Source of the DNA: Pseudomonadota bacterium
Lineage (GTDB): Bacteria > Pseudomonadota > Alphaproteobacteria > MPNO01 > UBA830
Direction: 5' to 3'
Assembly (NCBI GenBank): GCA_036339975.1
Contig: JAYYZV010000155.1
Location: 1,449-65,448, forward strand
Length of the DNA stretch: 64,000 nt
Shown: in pieces, positions 37,848-47,442 of the stretch
Position numbering within the stretch: the first letter of the stretch is position 1
Layout of the letters: each line of letters begins with the position of its first letter
Translations under genes and position numbers: made by a program
Notes under the pieces: model-generated
What the model was told of the DNA's origin: nothing
What the model saw: the letters and a program-made list of their open reading frames with translations, nothing else
Database searches by the model: none

Positions 37848-39260
37848 TCAGCTGGGCCAGCTAGACATATCCACACCGTCCAATGTCGCCGTCGCGGCGG
37901 CCAATGCTTGGTCAGATACTCTGTTGCGGGGTGCCACGGGTTTGGGCTGATTTGGCAGGGCGGCGGCTGGGAGTGTTGCGTCGATTGCGGCTTTGGTGAT
38001 GGTATTGCCAGACGCCGGCGCGGAAGGGTCGAGCGGCGCTAAGGTTAGACCGTTGAGACGAATTACATCGCGATGCCATTGCACGCGGGTGGCCAGAGCC
38101 CACATTGCCTGACGGTCGTCGAAAATATCTATATCATCATCGAACGCATACACCGCCTTTAGACGCCGGAAGGCGATTGCCGCCATCATGGCATCGCGAG
38201 CTTCGCCGGGGCGTGGGTTCTTAAACTGCAGATAGGCATGGAACCGTCGCCCTGATACCGGCACATGTACGTTGATCAATGAAGGCGACACCTGACGAGC
38301 AAGAGAATAAACGTAGCCTTCCATACCCATGTTGTCTGGGACGAGGTGGTCGGGTAGGCCTGACCCGCAATCGTGGTAAATAGCATCCTTCCGCCGGGTT
38401 ATGCATGTCACTTCAACGACCGGATTGGGAATCTGTGGCCCCTGATAGCCGGAAAACTCAGCGAAAGGACCCTCGGCCTCGATCCGGTTGGGCGGAAGAA
38501 AACCCTCGATCACGATCTCAGCGTCCGCCGGTACCATGATTTTGTCGCCATGGGTCACGGAAGGTGCGAGCCGTAAAGGCTTGCCGAGCGCACCGCCGGC
38601 GACGCCCCAATGGCTTTCCGGATAGCCCAACTTTGACTGCGCACCCATTTCGATCGCCGGGTGATGGCCGATCCAGATAGCTACCGGACAAGGCTCGCCA
38701 TTTTTCCAGAACTTCCGGAGATTTATCATGTTGTGCGAAGTTTCCAGCATATAACAGCCCATCAAATTTTTTCCACGGACCCACAGCCGCTGGATTCCCA
38801 TATTGTCTATCCCGGTATCCGGATCGTAGGTCACAACATGTCCGCAGGTTACGTAGTGTCCGGCATCTCCATCATGCTGGCGTAGAGCCGGTAAAACCTG
38901 AAGATCTGCAACATCGCCTTCCTCAACGATTTCGCGTACCGGAGCCGAGGTGGGATCGACCGTGACCGGATCTATCGCACGTGCCGAAAGCCCGGCCATT
39001 TCCTTGGCCGAGTTTCGATGATCTTCTATCCCCATGGCTCTTGCTGAAAGTTCGCGGCTAGCGAACAGATTGGTGAGCACCGGCATATCAGAAATTCTTC
39101 CGTTGGGAAGTTTCGGCTGGCGTACCAGAATTGCGGGGTTGGCATTCCTCGCCGCCATGACGTGCTGTAGTGCCGTGATTTCCTGTTCGACTGCAATAGG
39201 TTGGTCAGGCCGAAATATCGCATTGTCGATTTCGTTAAGGTAGGTGCGTAGATCAGTCAT
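37848..39260 (-). CDS. UbiD family (prFMN-dependent) decarboxylase, paralog 1
   Basis: 470 aa. GEPCPVAIWIGH, AEIVIEGFL, EGPFAEFSGYQ and FDDDIDIFD blocks, homologous to paralog 2. Start overlaps the upstream PhyH gene by 8 nt. Confidence 0.85.
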   Translation of the reverse strand: MTDLRTYLNEIDNAIFRPDQPIAVEQEITALQHVMAARNANPAILVRQPKLPNGRISDMPVLTNLFASRELSARAMGIEDHRNSAKEMAGLSARAIDPVTVDPTSAPVREIVEEGDVADLQVLPALRQHDGDAGHYVTCGHVVTYDPDTGIDNMGIQRLWVRGKNLMGCYMLETSHNMINLRKFWKNGEPCPVAIWIGHHPAIEMGAQSKLGYPESHWGVAGGALGKPLRLAPSVTHGDKIMVPADAEIVIEGFLPPNRIEAEGPFAEFSGYQGPQIPNPVVEVTCITRRKDAIYHDCGSGLPDHLVPDNMGMEGYVYSLARQVSPSLINVHVPVSGRRFHAYLQFKNPRPGEARDAMMAAIAFRRLKAVYAFDDDIDIFDDRQAMWALATRVQWHRDVIRLNGLTLAPLDPSAPASGNTITKAAIDATLPAAALPNQPKPVAPRNRVSDQALAAATATLDGVDMSSWPS

Positions 39261-40095
39261 TCGGGGCTGTCGATCTTTCCACTTCGGAGATATTTTCGGG
39301 ATCGATATAGGAATTCCAGAAGTCGTTGTAGTACTTCAAATTGGCTGGGTCGAGGTCACGCTCGGGCAATGGGTCGCGTTTCCAATATCCGTAATCGTCC
39401 TTTCCGCGCACCAGGATTGCGGTGTTTAGCTGATTAGTTGGCTTTACGTGCGTCGGACAGAAGACGAATAAGATTCCCACACGGCGACGATCGCTGGTGT
39501 TGGGTTCCGACGAATGCGCCAGCCGGAAGTGGTGCAAGGTGCACTCTCCCGGGTCCAATTCGACGTTGATAGCGCCGGATTCGTCAAACTGGTCTGATGA
39601 AATTTTTTGTCCGCGGGCTAACATGTTCTGCGGGTCGTGAGTTTCATCATGCATCATTTCCGGATCGTTGTGACTGCCGGGAAGGTATTTAAGGCAACCG
39701 TTGTCGAAGTGACTATCGGTAATTGCGATCCAAGCGCTCCATACTTCCATCGGCTCGTACCCAAAGTAAGCCGAATCCTGATGCCAGGTCACAAAGCGTG
39801 GGTCGCGCGCATCCTTGGGCCAGATCGCACAGGTCGTAAGCAGTATGTCAGGTCCTAACACGTCTTCTATGGCGTCCAGAAGTTTGGGTGTTGTTCCGAG
39901 CTCGAATAGCCACTTAAACAGGACATGTGGTTTTACTGAAAGCAATTCCGGTACATCGATACCCTGCCGCGCCTCAACTGACTCATACGCGGCCCTTACT
40001 TTGGCTATATTGTCACTATCCATAATTCGGACCGGAAAGACGCATCCGTCCGCCTGCGCGCGCTTCATTTGCTCTTCCGTCAGCAACTTGGTCAT
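39253..40095 (-). CDS. Phytanoyl-CoA dioxygenase (PhyH) family Fe(II)/2-oxoglutarate-dependent oxygenase
   Basis: WHQDSAYF (HxD iron ligands) and later His in the LHHFRLAHSS region; about 280 aa, typical of PhyH-family proteins. Confidence 0.7.
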   Translation of the reverse strand: MTKLLTEEQMKRAQADGCVFPVRIMDSDNIAKVRAAYESVEARQGIDVPELLSVKPHVLFKWLFELGTTPKLLDAIEDVLGPDILLTTCAIWPKDARDPRFVTWHQDSAYFGYEPMEVWSAWIAITDSHFDNGCLKYLPGSHNDPEMMHDETHDPQNMLARGQKISSDQFDESGAINVELDPGECTLHHFRLAHSSEPNTSDRRRVGILFVFCPTHVKPTNQLNTAILVRGKDDYGYWKRDPLPERDLDPANLKYYNDFWNSYIDPENISEVERSTAPND

Positions 40096-40396
40096 TTCCG
40101 CTTTCTCCCACGAAACAGAGCAAAAGAATGGCGGCGTGAGGCGGCAGTGTCCAGAGGATTGGGGTAGGCTCGCCTGGAAACCAGAGAAATTCCGGGGGTC
40201 GCGGACTACGTCTTGTTAACCACGCGGCTGCTCTATAAGATTTCGATCGATTGTTTGTCTGCACCACCGGTTCGGAGGTTTTGGCTGCGGGTTTATTGTC
40301 CTAGCAAACAATTGCGATTAGTCGGGTCGCGGGGGAGTGCGTACATTTGACATACAGCCGGGGGTTTTCCCGGTATCCAAATCAGGGAAACGCATA

Positions 40397-41461
40397 ATGG
40401 GAAAATTTAGGGTGATTAGTAGGGGTATCGCAGCGGCAGCAGTGTTAGGGGCCGTGGCAGTATCCCCGGTACAGGCGCAGAAATATAATTTCAAACTCAC
40501 CTCCTTTGTCCCGGCAAAGGGCGGTTTTTGGAATAACTACATGGGTCGTTTCATCAACGCTGTCGATCTGATGACTAACGGCCAAGTAAAAATCAAGGGT
40601 TACAGTGTGGGTGTGCTAGCAGGCCCATTTGATGGATGGAAAGCGGTTCAAAAAGGCACTGCCGATATCTGTTATTGTTATCCGGGCTTTGCGGTCAATG
40701 CTGATCCGTCAAACGGCATCTTCGCCGGCATGGTGGGCGGGATGCCGATGGAAGAGTTCATGCACTGGTTCGTAGCTGGAGAGGGAACCAAACTACTCAC
40801 AGAGATGAGAAGCAAAACACAGAAGCTTCACCCCGTTGTCACCGGTTTTGGGCCAACAGAGATATTTCTGCATTCCCATCGAAAAATTCAGACCATTGCC
40901 GATCTCAAAGGAATGAAAATCAGAACAGCGGGAGCCTGGGCTGATATTTTGAAATTGGTGGGGGCATCGCCGACGGTTCTACCGCCGGCTGATATATATA
41001 CTGCGCTAGAACGGCGCGTGATTGATGGAACGGAATTCACGTCGCCGTCAACAAATATCAAACTAGGCTTTCATAAAATTGCTAAGTACATCATCGTCCC
41101 AGGTATTCATTCTCCGTCTCACATGAATGAAGCCGTATTCAGTGAGAGTACTTGGAAGAGCCTGCCCAAAAAGATTCAAGAGCAGATCACGGCCGCTGGA
41201 CTCTACGCTGGGTTTAGGACGGCTATGAAGGCTGGTCTGGATGACATCCAAGCCATGGAAACTATGAGTAAAGGCAAAAACGAGTGGGTTTCACTTACTG
41301 CGGCCGCACAACAAAAAATTAAGGACCTTGGTCGGGAATGGTCTTTCGATCAGGCAAAAAAACAGTCGGCTAAAGGAAACCCATGGATGGCGAAGGTTGC
41401 GGGGTCTTACTGGGGTTTCTATGACCGGTGGAAGAAGTACGGTACCTACCGGCATAACTGA
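40397..41461 (+). CDS. dctP: TRAP transporter substrate-binding protein (DctP family)
   Basis: Signal peptide (RGIAAAAVLGAVAVSPVQA) followed by a DctP-type periplasmic binding fold of about 330 aa. ATG at 40397 with AGGGAAA upstream; the listed ORF from 40337 is an upstream extension. Confidence 0.8.
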   Translation: MGKFRVISRGIAAAAVLGAVAVSPVQAQKYNFKLTSFVPAKGGFWNNYMGRFINAVDLMTNGQVKIKGYSVGVLAGPFDGWKAVQKGTADICYCYPGFAVNADPSNGIFAGMVGGMPMEEFMHWFVAGEGTKLLTEMRSKTQKLHPVVTGFGPTEIFLHSHRKIQTIADLKGMKIRTAGAWADILKLVGASPTVLPPADIYTALERRVIDGTEFTSPSTNIKLGFHKIAKYIIVPGIHSPSHMNEAVFSESTWKSLPKKIQEQITAAGLYAGFRTAMKAGLDDIQAMETMSKGKNEWVSLTAAAQQKIKDLGREWSFDQAKKQSAKGNPWMAKVAGSYWGFYDRWKKYGTYRHN

Positions 41462-41511
41462 CCATAAACAAATTCTGGGGCCGAAGCCTTTGCATCTATA
41501 AATGCTTTGAC

Positions 41512-42084
41512 TTGAGCTTCGGCCCCGATTTTAAAATGCGTCGCATCCTCTCCATAGTTGACAGGGTCTCGGTTCTCCTCGCCGTGATAGCGGGGGTTAT
41601 GTTGCTGGTCCTGATTGTTGACATGATGTACGAGGTCGTTTCACGTCGCGTGTTCTCCGCACCGACGCTATGGGCTTACGATATCGCTTATATGGTCAAC
41701 GGTGTCGGTTTCCTTTTTGCTGCAGGTTACACACTCCGCAAAAACGCCCATATACGCATTGATTTTCTGTCTACGCGGCTGGCTCGACGGCATCAGGACT
41801 GGATCAATGTGGTTGCGTACATTTTTCTAATTTTTCCGGCATTATTGTTTTTTGTCATCGGCGCGTATTCTGAATTTGTAGAGGCTTTCAAGACGAATGA
41901 ACTCGACCCAGCCAGCCCTTGGAAACCTCTGTTGTGGCCGCTTTTTGCGGGTCTGTTGATAGGATTTACAGGCCTTTTTCTGCAGGCCGTTGTGGAATGC
42001 ATACGACATACCTATAGCGCCCTTGGTTTAATTCTGTCGCCACTGGAGCAGTCAGGAGACAGCCTGACCGAGAAAAATGGCTGA
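41512..42084 (+). CDS. dctQ: TRAP transporter small permease (DctQ family)
   Basis: 4-TMS, about 180 aa, located between the DctP and DctM genes. The alternative ATG at 41536 could also be the start. Confidence 0.75.
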   Translation: MSFGPDFKMRRILSIVDRVSVLLAVIAGVMLLVLIVDMMYEVVSRRVFSAPTLWAYDIAYMVNGVGFLFAAGYTLRKNAHIRIDFLSTRLARRHQDWINVVAYIFLIFPALLFFVIGAYSEFVEAFKTNELDPASPWKPLLWPLFAGLLIGFTGLFLQAVVECIRHTYSALGLILSPLEQSGDSLTEKNG

Positions 42085-43402
42085 TCTGTCCTTAGCTGTT
42101 TTTATGTTTCCGATGCTGTTTTTGCTGGTATTTGCAGGTATACCGGTCGCATTTAGCCTGATCGCTACAGCCTTTCTGTTCGGTGTGATGGAGTTCGGCA
42201 TGGTGCTGCCAACTCAATTCCACAGCCGTCTGTTCGACGTAACATCCAATTTTGTGCTTGCCGCTATTCCGTTGTTTGTATTCATGGGTGCGATGCTGGA
42301 GCGTGCGGGCATCGCTGCCCGACTTTTTGAAGCGATCAAGATCTGGTTTGGCGCGCTGCGCGGTGGCCTAGCGATCACGACCATTATCATGTGCGGCATC
42401 TTTGCGGCTTCGTCTGGTGTCGTCGGCGCGGTCGAAATTGTCGTAGGCCTGATGGCGGTGCCAGCGATGATGGGGGCTGGATATAAAAAGGATCTTGCAG
42501 CCGGCACAGTCTGTGCCGGCGGGTCTTTGGGCACTACTATCCCGCCATCCGTAGTCATTATCGTTTATGCGTCCATCACAGAACAGTCAGTCGGCGATCT
42601 GTTCGCCGGAATTCTTATTCCTGCCGGAGTGCTGGTTAGTTTGTTCCTAGTCTATATCGTCGGCCGTTGCCTATTGCAGCCCGAAGCGGGCCCCGGTCTC
42701 TCCGCTGACCAAGAAAGAGTACCACTATCAACTAAGTTATGGTTGATGCTGACAGCTTTACTTCCTGCGTCGTTACTGATCGTCGCTGTCTTAGGTAGTA
42801 TTTTTGCCGGTATCGCGGCTCCAACGGAAGCGGCTGCCGTGGGAGCGATGGGCTCCGTTCTTCTCGCGATCGCCTATCGTCAATTTTCTTTCCGTATTTT
42901 GAAGGAAGCCGTGACCCAGACAATCAAGATCACGTCGATGGTAATGTTAATCGTACTCGGTGGGATTTTATTCGCCAGCGTGTTCATCATTCAAGGTGGT
43001 GACGACCTGGTATCCAATATTGTAGAAAGCACCGGCCTAGGGCCAGCAGGGATCGTGGTAGTGTTTTTGCTGGTTGTCTTTGTGCTTGGATTCGTTCTGG
43101 ATTGGATATCGGTGTTAATCATCGTGCTACCGATCGCCGACCCGATCGTCCGTGCGGCAGAGATAGATCCGCTATGGTTCGGCGTTATGGTTTGTATCAT
43201 CCTGCAGACATCGTATTTGACACCCCCGATGGCACCGTCAATCTTTTATCTACGGTCTATTGCGCCCAGAGAAATTACCTATATCGACATGTACAAGGGT
43301 GTCGTGCCTTTTGTTTTAGCGCAACTCCTGACACTGGCTATGGTCGCGATTTATCCCGTGACCGCCACGTGGTTACCGGAGGTTCTGTTCGGCGGCTTCT
43401 AG
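42077..43402 (+). CDS. dctM: TRAP transporter large permease (DctM family)
   Basis: 441 aa, about 12 TMS. Overlaps the dctQ stop by 8 nt, the classical TRAP operon order. Confidence 0.85.
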   Translation: MADLSLAVFMFPMLFLLVFAGIPVAFSLIATAFLFGVMEFGMVLPTQFHSRLFDVTSNFVLAAIPLFVFMGAMLERAGIAARLFEAIKIWFGALRGGLAITTIIMCGIFAASSGVVGAVEIVVGLMAVPAMMGAGYKKDLAAGTVCAGGSLGTTIPPSVVIIVYASITEQSVGDLFAGILIPAGVLVSLFLVYIVGRCLLQPEAGPGLSADQERVPLSTKLWLMLTALLPASLLIVAVLGSIFAGIAAPTEAAAVGAMGSVLLAIAYRQFSFRILKEAVTQTIKITSMVMLIVLGGILFASVFIIQGGDDLVSNIVESTGLGPAGIVVVFLLVVFVLGFVLDWISVLIIVLPIADPIVRAAEIDPLWFGVMVCIILQTSYLTPPMAPSIFYLRSIAPREITYIDMYKGVVPFVLAQLLTLAMVAIYPVTATWLPEVLFGGF

Positions 43403-43414
43403 AGCCACAAACAG

Positions 43415-44746
43415 CTAACCGGTTTCTGAAATTGCTTCGCCCAATATTGAGATGATCTCGGTAATTTGGCCCGTCGTCGCAATCAGGGGTGGCGACATGG
43501 CAATGGTATCTCCAGTTTGACGTACCAGCAGGCCTTTTTCGTAGCACTTGAGAAAAACTTCATAGGCCCGGGCCGTAGGCTCACCGTCGCGAGGAGACAA
43601 CTCTACCGCTCCCATCAAACCCAAATTGCGGATATCTATAACGTTCGGCATGGGCTTCAGCCCGTGAATAGCATCTTCCCACATCGGTGCCAGAGCCTTA
43701 CCCCGGCTAAACAAGTCGTCTTCCGCAAATACGTCGAGCGTCGCCAGCGCCGCCGCGCAGGCCAGAGGGTGCGCGGAGTAGGTATAGCCGTGAAAAAGCT
43801 CAATCATTTGGGACGGTCCATGCATAAACGTGTCATATATTTCAGCGCGAGCAGCGACCGCAGACATCGGCACGGTGCCGTTGGTCAAGCCCTTCGCCAT
43901 GGTCAAAAGGTCCGGCACAATCCCGAAATACTCTGCGGCAAAAGTATCTCCAAGTCGGCCGAAGCCAGTGATGACCTCGTCAAAGATTAACAAGATGCCA
44001 TTGGCGTCGCAGGTTTTGCGCAGTTTATCGAGATATCCTTTCGGCGGCACTAACACGCCCGTAGATCCCGCTACAGGTTCGACGATGACCGCGGCGATCG
44101 TGGAAGGATCATGTAACGCGATGATACGTTCCAAGTTGTCTGCCAGATGGCCGCCCCAGTCCGGCTCACCCCGTGAGAAGGCCATTTCAGCTAGATTATG
44201 GGTGTGCGGAAGGTGATCTATACCTGCCAGTAGATTTCCGAACTGTTTTCGGTTGTTCGAAATGCCGCCTACCGAGGTACCCCCGATGCCGACACCATGA
44301 TAACCGCGTTCGCGCCCGATCAGCCGGGTGCGGCCCGCTTCGCCACGGAGTTGATGATATGCCAGCGCCATTTTCAATGCCGTGTCGACTGCTTCCGAGC
44401 CAGAGTTAGCGTAAAACACGTAGTCGAGATCACCTGGAAACAGGTTGGCGAGCCGCGATGACAGGTCGAAAGCGCCGGGGTGTCCCCACTGGAATGTAGG
44501 CGCATAATCCATGACACCCGCCTGAGTGCGGATGGCCTCCGTGATTTTCTCCCGCGCGTGGCCGGCGTTGACACACCACATGCCGGCTGCTGCATCCAGA
44601 ATCTGACGCCCCTGATCGTCCGTATAGTGCATGTCTTTAGCGGAAACCATTAGCCGCGGAGCCGATTTGAACTGTCGGTTCGCTGTAAACGGCATCCAGA
44701 AATGCTCAAGAGTGTTGGTCTTTCGTGCCGTTGCGTCGTCGGGCAT
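43415..44746 (-). CDS. Class III (omega) aminotransferase, beta-alanine/omega-amino acid--pyruvate transaminase-like
   Basis: PLP fold type I class III. FDEVITGFGRLG region with the PLP-Lys context TMAKGLTNG; 443 aa. Confidence 0.8.
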   Translation of the reverse strand: MPDDATARKTNTLEHFWMPFTANRQFKSAPRLMVSAKDMHYTDDQGRQILDAAAGMWCVNAGHAREKITEAIRTQAGVMDYAPTFQWGHPGAFDLSSRLANLFPGDLDYVFYANSGSEAVDTALKMALAYHQLRGEAGRTRLIGRERGYHGVGIGGTSVGGISNNRKQFGNLLAGIDHLPHTHNLAEMAFSRGEPDWGGHLADNLERIIALHDPSTIAAVIVEPVAGSTGVLVPPKGYLDKLRKTCDANGILLIFDEVITGFGRLGDTFAAEYFGIVPDLLTMAKGLTNGTVPMSAVAARAEIYDTFMHGPSQMIELFHGYTYSAHPLACAAALATLDVFAEDDLFSRGKALAPMWEDAIHGLKPMPNVIDIRNLGLMGAVELSPRDGEPTARAYEVFLKCYEKGLLVRQTGDTIAMSPPLIATTGQITEIISILGEAISETG

Positions 44747-44840
44747 CCCTGTTCCTCCGGTGTTTAGCTGAAGCTATCAACGGGTAGGGAAGGCCGCAAG
44801 GTGGACGTGACTCCGTGATTCCCGCCGGCTAAGACTAAGT

Positions 44841-46082
44841 ATGGCCGCTATTTCCGGATATCCTGCAATAATCGCCGCTTTTTCAGAACGTAATTACCGT
44901 ACGTACTCGGTTGGTAATATTCTTTCTCATAACGGCACCTGGGCCCAGCGAACAGCAGTGTTATGGTTTACCTGGGAAATGACAGAATCCGGTCTTTGGC
45001 TCGGGCTTATGACGGTTGCGGACCTTCTCCCCGTGGTTGTTGTTGGCCCACTGGCTGGCGCCATCGCCGACCGTGTTAACCTGTTGAATATGATGAAAAT
45101 CACCCAGATTGTGGCTGTCGTTCAGTCCGCGGCATTGGCTGGGTTGACTTTTGCGGGTGTGATCACCCCTGAACTATTGCTGCTACTGGTATTTGCGCAT
45201 GGAATTATTCTATCCTTCAACCAGCCGGCTAGGCTGGCGATGGTCCCGCACTTGATAAAGCGAGAAAACCTGTCAGCTGCGATCGGTATAAATTCGATGA
45301 TCTTCAATTCTGCCCGCGCCACAGGGCCGATGATATCGGGTGCGCTGATCGGCGGATGGGGAATTGCGTTCGCTTTTTTATTCAACGCCCTCAGTTATGT
45401 GTGGTTTATTGGATCGCTGTTTCTTCTGCGGGTCAATAATCCGCGTAGTACCAAGGCACGGACGCCGATGCGAGAGGTTCCGCGAGAAATCGTTGAAGGA
45501 TTCCGCTACGCGATTCAGCATTTCGGTATTAGCCGCGTGCTAGTAATTCTGTCGGTGGTTTCGATCTTCGGGCGCCCCTACATGGAACTACTCGCCGGTT
45601 TCGCCGACGAGGTTTTCGGGCGAGGCGCCGCGGGTTACGCGTTAATGGTGTCTATGACCGGAATCGGTGCGGTGATTGGTGGGTTCTGGTTGGCACAGCG
45701 CGGGCATGTAAAGGGCCTGATGTCGCGTGTGGTCTTGGCGCTTCTACTGCTTGGCCTTGCACTAATAGGTTTTGCTGCTACCAACCTGTTTTTCTTCGCG
45801 CTGGTCTGCCTCCTGATCACTGGGTTTGCCGTGATTGTCATCGGCGTTGGCGAACAGACATTGCTGCAGAATGCCGTCGATCCTGCTATGCGCGGCCGCG
45901 TGATGAGTCTCTACGGTATGATTGGAAGGGGTTTGCCGGCAATCGGGGCGTTAATCATGGGTTCGCTTGCTGAAATTTTTGGCTTCCAGATACCAGTTCT
46001 CGTGGGTGCTATCGTGTTGCTCGCTCTGTGGTGGTGGGCCCGGGAGCGTCAGAGCGCAATGTGCAAAATTCTTGAGCTGTAA
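44841..46082 (+). CDS. MFS transporter (EntS/YbdA-like), paralog of 26553..27863
   Basis: 12 TMS. Shares ELLAGFAD, MRGRVMS and N-terminal YRxY..G motifs with the other copy. Confidence 0.75.
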   Translation: MAAISGYPAIIAAFSERNYRTYSVGNILSHNGTWAQRTAVLWFTWEMTESGLWLGLMTVADLLPVVVVGPLAGAIADRVNLLNMMKITQIVAVVQSAALAGLTFAGVITPELLLLLVFAHGIILSFNQPARLAMVPHLIKRENLSAAIGINSMIFNSARATGPMISGALIGGWGIAFAFLFNALSYVWFIGSLFLLRVNNPRSTKARTPMREVPREIVEGFRYAIQHFGISRVLVILSVVSIFGRPYMELLAGFADEVFGRGAAGYALMVSMTGIGAVIGGFWLAQRGHVKGLMSRVVLALLLLGLALIGFAATNLFFFALVCLLITGFAVIVIGVGEQTLLQNAVDPAMRGRVMSLYGMIGRGLPAIGALIMGSLAEIFGFQIPVLVGAIVLLALWWWARERQSAMCKILEL

Positions 46083-46207
46083 GGGGTAGACTAGGGTGCT
46101 CGCCTCTACGGCTTCATACCGGCTATCTTCTCAGAATAGTGCTCTTAACCGCACCTATCAGAATTTCAAAAAATACAAGTGATGAAATGCGGGCCGTCTC
46201 CCCGCCG

Positions 46208-47425
46208 TTATTCGATTGCTTTTGCTTCCTCCAACATTTGCATCAGAGATGATCGCATTAGGTAATCCCGCTTAGCTTCTGCATCAGTCGCGGTAAACTC
46301 TAATTCCTTGAGACGTTTTTCCCGCGCCTCTGGATCGTTTTCCTCCAGCAGTCTCTTGTTGGCGATAGACTGCGCCTGAACGTATTTCTCGGCCATTGGC
46401 CGTCGTTGGCGGTCGTAGCGGCTGAGCAGGGCATCATAGTCACCACCGTGCCAAGCTGCGACGAGCTTCTCGGCCAGGTTCAGCCCGTCATGAATTCCAC
46501 TATTCATTCCCATGCCGCCTAGAGGGTTGTTTACATGGGCGGCGTCCCCTGCGAGTGCGACCCGACCCTTCGCGAAGCTTTCAGCCACCCGCTGATGCAC
46601 GCTATAGAGATTTCTGTGTAGCAGGTCGTAAGGTGGATCGTACGGATAGCACTCGGCGAAGCGGGCTTGGATCCATTCATCACTGAGCAGGTATTCGTCG
46701 GTGCTATCGCCGAAAGCCGGAAAGAGCGCCCGCCAGACACCCTCGGCCTGCTCGCCCGGCACCTTGATCATTGCACACCATTGTTCCGGATGCGCGACGT
46801 AGTTGCGATACCGATAGCCGGCCGCCGCCTCAAAGTCATAGTAGGTAGACACGATAATGAACCGTTCTTCCCAGGTAAAACCTGGGAAATTAATATCGAG
46901 TAATTTGCGCACCGCTGATTTCCCGCCGTCGGCTCCGATCAGAAATTTTCCGCGATGTGTTTCAGTCGATCCGTCCGGCGCTTGGACGCGGGCTTCAACC
47001 CCGTCATCGTCCTGCGATAACTCCGAGAGTTTATGTTCGCGATAAAGCTCGAATCCGTCGATAGCCACCGCAATGTCGTGAGCGATTTCAATCGTCTTGT
47101 GCTGTTCCAGCTGTAGCGCATAAGGGTAGGTAAGAACATCTGAGATATCGCGATAATCAAACTCTGCGACGATGCGGTCGCTCATCCGGTCGCGCCACTG
47201 AAAAAGTGGGGATTGGATGCCCCGACGGATAAGCTCCTCTGTCATATCCAATTTTTCGAGTAGCATCAGTGTCGAAGGGTGCAAAGTGGACGCTCGGTGG
47301 TCCGCCGGTATTTCAGCGAGTGTGTCAAACACCTTTACCGGTATGCCTGCTTTCGACAAGGCTAGAGCCGTGGTCATACCCACCGGTCCCGCTCCTGCTA
47401 TCAAAATGCAATCGTTGTTCGCCAT
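46208..47425 (-). CDS. FAD-dependent monooxygenase (UbiH/salicylate hydroxylase-like, class A flavoprotein)
   Basis: ILIAGAGPVGMTTALAL (GxGxxG) and GRVALAGDAAHVNNPLGGMGMNSG (GD and DG fingerprints). Confidence 0.8.
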   Translation of the reverse strand: MANNDCILIAGAGPVGMTTALALSKAGIPVKVFDTLAEIPADHRASTLHPSTLMLLEKLDMTEELIRRGIQSPLFQWRDRMSDRIVAEFDYRDISDVLTYPYALQLEQHKTIEIAHDIAVAIDGFELYREHKLSELSQDDDGVEARVQAPDGSTETHRGKFLIGADGGKSAVRKLLDINFPGFTWEERFIIVSTYYDFEAAAGYRYRNYVAHPEQWCAMIKVPGEQAEGVWRALFPAFGDSTDEYLLSDEWIQARFAECYPYDPPYDLLHRNLYSVHQRVAESFAKGRVALAGDAAHVNNPLGGMGMNSGIHDGLNLAEKLVAAWHGGDYDALLSRYDRQRRPMAEKYVQAQSIANKRLLEENDPEAREKRLKELEFTATDAEAKRDYLMRSSLMQMLEEAKAIE

Positions 47426-47442
47426 TTTTTTATTTCCAGTAT

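Noticed and set aside
37670-37876. 68-aa minus-strand ORF listed in the track between the UbiD genes
   Set aside because: It overlaps the 3' end of UbiD-1 and is out of frame with the better Cys4 zinc-ribbon ORF 37663..37839 that fills the gap without overlap.
46185-46205. GC-rich short stem (GCGGG...CCCGC) near the convergent MFS/FAD-monooxygenase gene ends
   Set aside because: It overlaps the 3' coding end of the minus-strand gene and lacks a U-tract, so it is not convincing as a terminator.
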